Below are positions 9,051 to 16,515 of a stretch of DNA of 24,000 bases, in pieces; position 1 is the stretch's first letter; each line of letters starts with the position of its first letter. Source of the stretch: Psychrobacter celer. GTDB lineage: Bacteria > Pseudomonadota > Gammaproteobacteria > Pseudomonadales > Moraxellaceae. Location of the stretch: assembly GCF_016107555.1 (NCBI RefSeq), contig NZ_JABASU010000030.1, positions 2,117-26,116 on the forward strand, in the 5' to 3' direction. Position numbers and translations under genes: made by a program. The notes under the pieces were generated by a model, which saw only the letters and a program-made list of their open reading frames with translations, did not search any database and was not told the origin of the DNA.

Positions 9051-9749
9051 ATGTCTATGTCATACTCTATTCACGATGAGCCGCACCTAAGTAACCGGAG
9101 TCAATGGCTCAGAGCAGCGGTACTTGGCGCCAATGATGGACTCATTTCTACCGCCAGTTTACTGGTTGGTGTTGCCGCCGCAAACGCGAGCAGCCAAACC
9201 TTATTACTGACAGGATTGGCGTCACTGACTGCAGGGGCTTTATCGATGGCGGCTGGTGAGTATATCTCTGTGTCCTCACAAGCAGATACTGAAAAGGCTG
9301 ATTTAAAAAAAGAGCTTTACGAGCTGGCGCATAATCCTGAGCGGGAGCTTGTCGAGCTGACAACAATTTATAAGCAGCGTGGACTTGATCAAGACTTAGC
9401 ACACCAAGTTGCTGTCGCCTTAACTGAGCACGATGCACTTGAGGCTCATGCTCGTGACGAGATAGGGCTAACTGAAATCAGTCAAGCAAAGCCCCTGCAA
9501 GCTTCCATTGCCTCCGCATTGGCCTTTAGTACTGGTGCCATATTTCCTGTCATCGGCATCTTGGTGTTTCCAGCCCAGATCCTTGTTTGGTCATTGGCCG
9601 CGCTGACCATAGTCGGCTTAGTCCTACTTGGCATGGTATCGGCGCGCTTGGGCGGTGCACCCACTCTCCCTGCTGTCACTCGCGTCGTCGTGTGGGGTGT
9701 ATTGGCCATGGTCGCAACATCACTTATTGGGCGATTACTTGGGGTGTAG
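9051..9749 (+). CDS. VIT1/CCC1-family (Fe/Mn transporter-like) membrane protein
   Basis: LRAAVLGANDGLISTASLLVGVAAA, an acidic amphipathic middle region and C-terminal TM helices, typical of bacterial VIT-family proteins. The first in-frame ATG outside the IS is 9051 (alternative 9057). The ORF-track start at 8970 lies inside the IS. Confidence 0.85.
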   Translation: MSMSYSIHDEPHLSNRSQWLRAAVLGANDGLISTASLLVGVAAANASSQTLLLTGLASLTAGALSMAAGEYISVSSQADTEKADLKKELYELAHNPERELVELTTIYKQRGLDQDLAHQVAVALTEHDALEAHARDEIGLTEISQAKPLQASIASALAFSTGAIFPVIGILVFPAQILVWSLAALTIVGLVLLGMVSARLGGAPTLPAVTRVVVWGVLAMVATSLIGRLLGV

Positions 9750-9913
9750 CAGATTCAATTTAAAAGTATGACAGTTTTATTTTCAAATGACTAGAACGGT
9801 TTAGAGCCCAGTTTATTTTTAGCGCTCATTACTTTTTCGTAACGCATCCTAGAACGATACGTCTGTATCAGCGCGCGTTTGTAAGTAAAGACCTATTAAG
9901 GTATTCAAAAAGT

Positions 9914-10716
9914 GGTGGTGTGTCAGAAAGTATGCTGAGGAGATGAAAGGAGGGTGACAGCCAAAGCAAGATGATATATTTGAGGTTATGAAGACACAAA
10001 TACAGATCAATTGCCCCGACTGTCACAGTCCCAGTTTTTCGATACACGGCAAAAAAAGCTATGGCAAGCAGAGCTATCAATGTAAGGACTGCAAACGCCA
10101 GTTTATTGGCGATCATGCCCTAACTTATAACGGCTGTCACTCTAGAATAGAAGATAAAATACGGCTAATGACAGTGAGAGGCTGTGGCGTCAGAGACATT
10201 GCTATTATAGCCTCAGTTAGCATTGGTAAAGTGCTTAGCACCATAGGCTCATCTGTTTATAAGATTGCGCCTAAGAAGCGCTATTATGAACGCTTAGAGG
10301 TTGATGAGTTTTGGACTTACGTGTATCGCAAAAAGCGTAAAGTTTGGCTTATTTATGCTTATGACCGCGCTACCAATGAGATTGTCGCTTATGTCTGGGG
10401 CAAACGTGACCTGAAAACAGCTAAGAAGCTAAGAGCCCGTCTTAAACAACTGAAAGTCAGCTATGGTTCTATTAGCATGGATAACTGGGATAGCTTTATA
10501 ACCGCATTCAAGCCTGACAAGAAACAAATCGGCAAGCAGCATACGGTAGGCATAGAAGGTAATAACTGTCGCCTTAGACACCGATTGCGACGAGCCGTTC
10601 GAAAGACCTGCTGCTTCTCAAAGAAATTTAATAACCACTTTAAGGTGTTTGATTTGGTATTCTTCTATGTCAATTATGGCTATGTCTGATGCCAGCATAC
10701 TTTTTAGAACACCACC
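9914..10716 (+). mobile_element. IS1-family insertion sequence, copy B (803 bp), direct repeat of copy A
   Basis: Left IR GGTGGTGTGTCAGAAAGTATGCTGA at 9914; the right end is identical to copy A and ends at 10716. Flanks TCAAAAAGT and GATTTTTCT do not match each other or copy A's flanks. Confidence 0.9.
9988..10689 (+). CDS. IS1-family transposase (233 aa), copy B
   Basis: Differs from the copy A protein only at N29S and H48N. Confidence 0.9.
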   Translation: MKTQIQINCPDCHSPSFSIHGKKSYGKQSYQCKDCKRQFIGDHALTYNGCHSRIEDKIRLMTVRGCGVRDIAIIASVSIGKVLSTIGSSVYKIAPKKRYYERLEVDEFWTYVYRKKRKVWLIYAYDRATNEIVAYVWGKRDLKTAKKLRARLKQLKVSYGSISMDNWDSFITAFKPDKKQIGKQHTVGIEGNNCRLRHRLRRAVRKTCCFSKKFNNHFKVFDLVFFYVNYGYV

Positions 10717-10748
10717 GATTTTTCTGGTAGCAGACACTAAGGAGCATT

Positions 10749-11810
10749 ATGTCAATTAAAGTATTCGACACCATCATTATCGGCGGTGGTCAAGCCGGTT
10801 TAGCCGTTGGCTACTATCTGAGACGTGCGAAACTTGACTTCATCATTCTTGACAATCAAGACCAAAGTGGCGGCGCGTGGCAGCATACTTGGCCATCGTT
10901 ACGCCTATTTTCTCCTGCTCTTATGAGCTCCTTGCCAGGTCGCTTGATGCCAAAAGCAAAAGATGGAGAGTATCCCCATAGAGACGAGGTCATCCATTAC
11001 CTTGCTGACTACGAAGAACATTATAAGTTACCAATCTACCGACCTTATCAAGTCCAAAGCGTACAGCGTGATGATGAAAACAATTGCTTACGGGTGACTG
11101 ATGGAAGTTTTACATGGTTGGCAAAAACCGTCGTGAGCGCAACGGGAACCTGGAGCAATCCTATAATTCCTTCTATCAAAGGTCAGCAAGCGTATCTTGG
11201 GGAGCAATGCCACTCCGCGCATTATGAAGGCCCAGACGCCTACAGAAATAAGCGCGTATTGGTAGTAGGTGGTGGTAATTCAGGTGCACAAATCTATGCG
11301 GAGCTGGCTGAAGTGGCTAACGCCAGCTGGGTAACACGTGAGCCCCCATTGTTTTTAGCCGATGATGTCGATGGACGTGTCCTGTTTGAAAGAGCAACAG
11401 CACGTATTACTGGCAGCAATAATGGTGATCCTGAGGGCGGTATCGGTGATATCGTCATGGTGCCTCCCGTCAAGGCGGCACGTGACAAAGGTATCTTACA
11501 TTCAGTACCTATGTTCAGCCAATTTACTCAACAAGGCGTCATTTGGGCTGATGGTAGTGAAGAAACGATAGATGCCGTTATTTGGTGTACTGGGTTTGAA
11601 CCAAATCTTGACCATCTAGCACCTTTAAATGTCTTAGAAGCTGATGGAAAAGTGCAAGTTAAAGATGGGCAAGCGGTCAAGGAGCATCGGTTATGGTTAT
11701 TTGGTTATGGTGACTGGGCAAGCCCAGGTTCTGCCACTCTGATTGGTGCTGGACGCAGTGCTAGAGAGAATGTTCCCACTCTATTGGAGTTTTTAGCACG
11801 TGATGGTTAA
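10749..11810 (+). CDS. ArsO-family-like NAD(P)H-dependent flavin-containing monooxygenase
   Basis: Two Rossmann motifs (IIIGGGQAGLAVG, VLVVGGGNSGAQI) and an FMO-type YLGEQCHSAHY motif. Blocks I recall from ArsO-type proteins: GGAWQHTWPSLRLFSP, DDVDGRVLF, GDIVMVPP, AVIWCTGF, GYGDWASPGSATLIGAGR. AAGGAG RBS. Confidence 0.7.
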   Translation: MSIKVFDTIIIGGGQAGLAVGYYLRRAKLDFIILDNQDQSGGAWQHTWPSLRLFSPALMSSLPGRLMPKAKDGEYPHRDEVIHYLADYEEHYKLPIYRPYQVQSVQRDDENNCLRVTDGSFTWLAKTVVSATGTWSNPIIPSIKGQQAYLGEQCHSAHYEGPDAYRNKRVLVVGGGNSGAQIYAELAEVANASWVTREPPLFLADDVDGRVLFERATARITGSNNGDPEGGIGDIVMVPPVKAARDKGILHSVPMFSQFTQQGVIWADGSEETIDAVIWCTGFEPNLDHLAPLNVLEADGKVQVKDGQAVKEHRLWLFGYGDWASPGSATLIGAGRSARENVPTLLEFLARDG

Positions 11811-11822
11811 AACAACCGTATC

Positions 11823-11966
11823 CTATGTATTGCGCGGTGCAAACATAATAATAGCCATACCTAGAAGTGCCACTGCTGTACCTAATATGTCCCATGTCGT
11901 TGGTCGAATACCATCAACAGCCCATAACCATAGAATTGCCATTGTTACATACACTCCACCAACTCG
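11823..11966 (-). pseudogene. ynfA: C-terminal remnant of a YnfA (UPF0060) family membrane protein gene
   Basis: Minus-strand translation [47 protein letters not shown] matches the E. coli YnfA C-terminus ([46 protein letters not shown]). An in-frame TGA lies at 11967-11969, followed by further stops upstream, so the N-terminal ~60 codons are missing. Confidence 0.6.
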
Positions 11967-12312
11967 TCACCTACTAACAGATCTTGGCGGTCATAAAAGT
12001 TGCCCCAACGCTTATAATTATTATCCGTTCTCGACTCAGGGTTATAAGTAATGGCGATGTAGGTTTGAATTTTATTAGTGTCCTAAATTAGTTGACCACC
12101 ACCAGATTCTTATCAAAGACTTCATCATCTATTATTCGCCAAACGGCAACTTGCTGATGGTCTTTGGTGGTGACTAGATTTAAAGTTTGTTCAATCATTG
12201 CTTGAGGTCTCATATCCTTATGATGTTTATTTGCTTCAAACCCAGTTACTTTACACTTAGCGGTTTAATTAAGCTACTTACTTGAGCTATTTGCTTCAGT
12301 TATTAGGCTTGG

Positions 12313-13146
12313 CTACTTACTCAACTTCAATATTCTAAAGGCGCCCTGAATAACTAAAGCAAATACGATGCTACCAATAATCAAATCAGGCGTACTAGAG
12401 TGTAACCAATTAACCAAAATCCCTGCAACAATTACCCCTAAATTGATAATCACATCGTTTGAAGTGAAAATCATACTGGCTTGCATATGGGCTTCTTCTT
12501 CTTTGCTTTTCGATTTTTGTAGTAAATAGAGGCAAATCAAGTTTGCAATTAGCGCAAGAATCGATATGACTATCATGGTAGAAAAGTCAGGTAACTGCTC
12601 ATTGCCAAAGAAACGTCTTAGTACTTCTAAAAAACCAAGAATCGCTAGCGTAATTTGAAAATATCCGGCAATTCTAGCAATCCGTTTTTTCTTAATGACC
12701 GTTCCACCGACCGCAAATAAGCTAATTCCGTACACGAAGCTATCTGCTAACATATCTAAGCTGTCGGCGACCAACCCCATCGAACGAGAAATCAGTCCCG
12801 TGCTCATTTCAATAATAAAGAAAGCAAAGTTAATGACCAGCACTATCCATAGTAGCTTTCTTTGCTCAGCATCTTTTTTGTGACTAGAGTCAGCATCAAT
12901 TTTAAAATTATTGTTGGGATCAGAGGGGTCAATGGTTTCGGTCGAGAGTAGGGTGTCTCCTAATTTTAGGTCATGAATAGCAGTCTCTATCCCTTCTATA
13001 TTGTCATGATGAAACACAGTTAATTGACGGTTAGGAATGTCGAACTCAAGATGTTCAATATTCGAGTGGCCCTCTAATTTCATTCGGATTAGGTTTTCCT
13101 CCGAAGGGCAGTCCATCTTCGATATTTTAAAAGTTGTTTTATTCAT
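12313..13146 (-). CDS. Cation diffusion facilitator (CDF) transporter with N-terminal HMA-like domain and no C-terminal cytoplasmic domain
   Basis: Six TM helices with CDF motifs (GLVADSLDMLADS in TM2; FTSNDVIINLGVIVAG in TM5, aligned by eye to CzcD HVLGDALGSVGVIVAA). The N-terminal ~70 aa have a beta-alpha-beta-beta-alpha-beta pattern with KMDCPSEE. The protein ends 5 residues after TM6. Start taken at ATG 13146 (MNKTTFKISKMDC); the 48-codon upstream extension is antisense to an IS remnant. Confidence 0.85.
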   Translation of the reverse strand: MNKTTFKISKMDCPSEENLIRMKLEGHSNIEHLEFDIPNRQLTVFHHDNIEGIETAIHDLKLGDTLLSTETIDPSDPNNNFKIDADSSHKKDAEQRKLLWIVLVINFAFFIIEMSTGLISRSMGLVADSLDMLADSFVYGISLFAVGGTVIKKKRIARIAGYFQITLAILGFLEVLRRFFGNEQLPDFSTMIVISILALIANLICLYLLQKSKSKEEEAHMQASMIFTSNDVIINLGVIVAGILVNWLHSSTPDLIIGSIVFALVIQGAFRILKLSK

Positions 13147-13163
13147 AGTTACATTTATATCCG

Positions 13164-13400
13164 GGTGGTGGTTCAAAAAGTAGGTTGGAAAAAAACAGGC
13201 TGAGAAATTGATAAATAGTGAAATGCAAATGACACTATACATCAAATGCCCAGCCTGTCTAAGTGGCAATATAAAGAAAAATGGTTTCAAAAGCTATACC
13301 CCAAGGGAACCAGCTATTTATCCCTGTAACCCCATTTATAGGCCACTTAAAACAGACCGGTATAATGGAACCAATTATATCAGGTCATGCTTGATAATTT
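13164..13400 (+). mobile_element. Decayed left end of a third, diverged IS1-family element (IRL + degraded transposase 5' region)
   Basis: GGTGGTGGTTCAAAAAGTAGGTTGG at 13164 matches the intact IRL GGTGGTGTATCAAAAAGTATGCTGG at 21/25 positions. The downstream ORF MQMTLYIKCPACLSGNIKKNGFKSY parallels MKTQIQINCPDCHSPSFSIHGKKSY, after which similarity degrades with indels. The right boundary is approximate. Confidence 0.65.
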
Positions 13401-13466
13401 ATAAATAGACATAGCTGACGTTAGACTTACCCCATAATGCCTAACAAATCTAGATAAGTCAGCAAC

Positions 13467-14561
13467 TTATACAATAGTTCCACTAACAATGGATCTGTCT
13501 GCCATCTCATTAGCCATATTTAATGCTTGATACAGACTGGTAGCACTGGCACCGCCGCTCCCTGCTAGGTCTAACGCCGTGCCATGATCCACTGACGTGC
13601 GTATATAAGGCAGCCCCAAGGTTAAATTGACTGTGTCGCCGAATCCATGCGATTTGAGCACTGGTAGGCCTTGATCGTGATACATGGCGATGACTGCATC
13701 GCAGTTTGCTAAGTGTCTGGGGGTAAACAGCGTATCCGCTGGCATCGCCTCAGAGATATTAACCCCGGCAGCGATAAACTCACGCAATACGGGATTGATA
13801 ATCTCCATCTCCTCCACTCCCAAATGTCCGCCCTCACCTGCATGTGGGTTTAGACCGCAGACCAATATACGTGGCTGCATCAGACCAAATTTTTCTTGCA
13901 TATCATCGAGGACGATTTGTACCGTTTGCCGTACATTATTAGCGGTGATGGCAGCAGGGATATCCTTTAAGGCCAAATGCGTGGTGACAAGCGCTACTTT
14001 CATGGCTTGATTGGCGAGCATCATCACCACTTTATCGCAGCCGCTTTGCTGCATAAAAAACTCAGTATGACCGCTGAACATGGTGCCATCTGGCAATCTG
14101 ATATCGGCATCGATCAGTGCTGACTTTTGTAATGGTCCTGTGATAATGGCCGCGATGGCTTTGTAGGTGGCCAATTGATGGGCAATCTCTAACTGCTGGG
14201 CGACCATGGCCGAATTGCGCGTATTAATTTGTCCACAAATGACGGATTGAGCACAAGGCGTATTTAACAAAATAAACGCATGGCCATCATGAGTATTCAT
14301 ATGCGTTTGCTGTGGCATCTGCTCTAAGAAATTATCAGCTGCTATGTCTAAATCGACAGTTTGCCAGCGCGGACAGCTTCGTAGTACGCCCGCTGCCAGC
14401 AACATATCAGCACGCTTTTGCAGCGCGGTATGATCGGCAGTGACCCATATAGGACGCGCAAAGTCTTGTAGCTTACCTGTATCGGCCAGTAGCAAGACAA
14501 TATCCATACCGATACCAGCAGGTTCACCGGTGGTGATTAATAGCGGCAATTTTTTTTGCAT
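13467..14561 (-). CDS. pdxA: 4-hydroxythreonine-4-phosphate dehydrogenase
   Basis: ITTGEPAGIG, NPHAGEGGHLG, TSVDHGTALDLAG motifs. Start at ATG 14561 (MQKKLPLL...); an alternative start lies 4 codons upstream at 14573. Confidence 0.9.
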   Translation of the reverse strand: MQKKLPLLITTGEPAGIGMDIVLLLADTGKLQDFARPIWVTADHTALQKRADMLLAAGVLRSCPRWQTVDLDIAADNFLEQMPQQTHMNTHDGHAFILLNTPCAQSVICGQINTRNSAMVAQQLEIAHQLATYKAIAAIITGPLQKSALIDADIRLPDGTMFSGHTEFFMQQSGCDKVVMMLANQAMKVALVTTHLALKDIPAAITANNVRQTVQIVLDDMQEKFGLMQPRILVCGLNPHAGEGGHLGVEEMEIINPVLREFIAAGVNISEAMPADTLFTPRHLANCDAVIAMYHDQGLPVLKSHGFGDTVNLTLGLPYIRTSVDHGTALDLAGSGGASATSLYQALNMANEMADRSIVSGTIV

Positions 14562-14920
14562 AGTTAAAACCATCCTATATTTACATTAACACTTTGATTT
14601 AATTCTATTTTTTATTAGAAAAATCAGATTTCCTCGTTAAGTCTAATCTTAAAAATTCTCGCTCATCAAAGACGGTGTTTTTACAGATAATTATTTATAA
14701 CGTCCGAAAAAAGGGCAGAATGTGTTAAACTTTCGCCTTTCATTGTAGCATTTACTAGCAAGCATTGAGACCACGTTTGGTACCTCTAGCATAACCGTGC
14801 GTCGCCTTTGTTTTGTTGCGTCATTTTGCTGCACTATTACTAAAATAAAAACCTTACCACATACCCATCCATACCTTTTTTATAGCATATTTATACCGAC
14901 TCTTGACACATTAGGCACTC

Positions 14921-16324
14921 ATGGCAGACAACGATAAATCCGACGACTTACTCAATCAGACACCGCCGCATAATATCGATATCGAAAAGGCGCTACTGGC
15001 CTCTTTGATGAGTATTGAAGAGGCGTACGACAAGATTGCCGATATCGTCACCAAAGACGACTTTTATGCGGGTCGACATCAATACATTTTTGATGCGATT
15101 GCCCATTTAGCTGCCGTTGGCGAGCCTTATGACACTGTGATGGTCCATGACTGGCTAGAGGCACAAAAACTCCTAAAAAGTGCAGGCGGCGACAGCTATT
15201 TGGCAGATATTTTGAGTCAAAGCCCAGCGACCTTGTTTAACCTCACCGCCTATGCGCAGCGCGTGCGTGAGCTCTCTACCTTACGCCAGCTGATTACCAC
15301 TGGTAACGATATGCTGGCACTGGCATATAATCCAAAAGACCAAACGGTCAGTGATATTTTAGACAATGTCGAGAGTAAGATATTTAGCATCAATGAGCAG
15401 CATAATAAACGCGCCGAGCAGCGAGGCCCTGTCGGTATTACCTCGGTGCTGACCAATGTCATCGACCAAATTCAAGAGCTAAAATCCAACCCCGATGGCA
15501 TGATTGGCTTACAAACGCCCTTTGCAGAATTGAACAATAAAACGCAAGGCTTACAATCTGGCGACTTAATCATCGTCGCCGCCCGTCCATCTATGGGTAA
15601 AACCACCTTTGCCATGAACTTGGCAGAAGGTGTATTGTTTAATGAAGACCTGCCAGTGGTGGTGTTTTCTATGGAGATGCCCGCTGAGTCTATCGTCATG
15701 CGTCTGCTATCCTCTTGGGGGGCGATCAACCAAACGCACCTGCGCTCAGGCCAGATGAATGAAGACGAATGGGCAAAAATGATGAACGCCATTCAGCATC
15801 TACAATCCAAGCATCTGTACATCGATGACAGCACGGCGCTACCGCCCTCTGAGATGCGCTCACGCTGCCGGCGCATCGCCAAAAACCATGATGGCAAGCT
15901 AGGCGCTATCGTGGTCGATTATCTACAGCTGATGAAAGTCCCTAGCCTCGATGGTAACCGTGTGGGCGAAATCTCTGAGATCTCTCGTAGTCTAAAGGCG
16001 CTCGCACGTGAGCTTGAGTGTCCGGTCATCGCTTTATCTCAGCTTAACCGTAGTCTGGAAAACCGCCCAAACAAACGCCCTATTATGTCGGATTTGCGTG
16101 AATCAGGGGCAATTGAGCAGGATGCCGATTTGATTATGTTCATCTATCGTGATGAGGTTTATAATGAAAACTCAGACCTCAAAGGCGTGGCCGAAATCAT
16201 CATTGGTAAACAACGTAACGGCCCCATTGGTACCGTACGTTTGGGCTTTGAAGGCCAGTTTACCCGCTTTATTAACCTAACGCCTGAGTACTATCAAGGT
16301 GTCAGTTTTGAAAACGATGAATAA
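14921..16324 (+). CDS. dnaB: Replicative DNA helicase DnaB
   Basis: N-terminal PPHNIDIEKALLASLM, Walker A ARPSMGKTTFAMN, SMEMPAESIVMRLL, Walker B IVVDYLQLM, LSQLNRSLENR, GKQRNGPIG. 467 aa with no intein-sized insertion. Confidence 0.95.
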   Translation: MADNDKSDDLLNQTPPHNIDIEKALLASLMSIEEAYDKIADIVTKDDFYAGRHQYIFDAIAHLAAVGEPYDTVMVHDWLEAQKLLKSAGGDSYLADILSQSPATLFNLTAYAQRVRELSTLRQLITTGNDMLALAYNPKDQTVSDILDNVESKIFSINEQHNKRAEQRGPVGITSVLTNVIDQIQELKSNPDGMIGLQTPFAELNNKTQGLQSGDLIIVAARPSMGKTTFAMNLAEGVLFNEDLPVVVFSMEMPAESIVMRLLSSWGAINQTHLRSGQMNEDEWAKMMNAIQHLQSKHLYIDDSTALPPSEMRSRCRRIAKNHDGKLGAIVVDYLQLMKVPSLDGNRVGEISEISRSLKALARELECPVIALSQLNRSLENRPNKRPIMSDLRESGAIEQDADLIMFIYRDEVYNENSDLKGVAEIIIGKQRNGPIGTVRLGFEGQFTRFINLTPEYYQGVSFENDE

Positions 16325-16383
16325 CCCCAAACGCTCACGATTGAGCATTGAATAAGACCCAAACAAATCATCACAAACCCTAG

Positions 16384-16428
16384 CCAGTGCGATATCAGCG
16401 TCATTGATATCGCATTGGCTTTATTGCT
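16384..16428 (+). terminator. Probable rho-independent terminator of dnaB
   Basis: CCAGTGCGATATCA (16384-16397), a 7-nt loop, TGATATCGCATTGG (16405-18). This is a 14-bp stem with one G-U pair, followed by CTTTATTGCTT. Confidence 0.5.
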
Positions 16429-16515
16429 TCACCCCCTTTTTATCAGGCATCAGCCATTGTCGCCCAGTATGGCGAACCCCTTGATACCCAAACCCATTGA
16501 GATCATAATTACTCC

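Noticed and set aside
9901-9913. The left flank of IS copy B (GGTATTCAAAAAGT) resembles the inner part of the IS inverted repeat (GTATCAAAAAGT)
   Set aside because: It could be a solo-IR scar, but it is only ~13 nt of A-rich sequence. The expected continuation (ATGCTGG) is not found on the other side of the IS. Treated as coincidence or target preference.
11800-12051. 83-aa plus-strand ORF overlapping the end of the ArsO-like gene
   Set aside because: Its first two-thirds is the antisense strand of the well-conserved ynfA C-terminal remnant. It has no family resemblance as a whole and no RBS.
12088-12213. 41-aa minus-strand ORF (MRPQAMIEQTLNLVTTKDHQQVAVWRIIDDEVFDKNLVVVN) bounded by the IS-terminus-like heptamers CACCACC (12097-12103) and GGTGGTG (12166-12172)
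   Set aside because: It is too short, has no recognisable family, and its RBS spacing is poor. Beyond the heptamers the similarity to the IS inverted repeats is unconvincing, and the same heptamer occurs by chance inside arsO-like, pdxA and dnaB coding sequence.
12229-12322. Short direct repeats downstream of the CDF stop (TATTTGCTTCA x2 and GCTACTTACT x2), the last overlapping the CDF stop codon
   Set aside because: The repeats are only 10-11 nt each with irregular spacing and no hairpin. They may reflect a small duplication of the gene's 3' end, but there is no functional reading.
13147-13290. 48-codon N-terminal extension of the CDF ORF, and the 66-aa plus ORF at 13208-13408
   Set aside because: The extension is translated from the antisense of an IS1 inverted repeat and leader. 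The plus ORF is the degraded IS1 transposase N-terminus, not an independent gene.
14574-14920. Long AT-rich region upstream of dnaB with a DnaA-box-like CTTACCACA
   Set aside because: It is a single imperfect match to TTATCCACA, with no cluster of boxes and no tRNA- or sRNA-like structure that I could fold by eye. Probably just the promoter/leader region.
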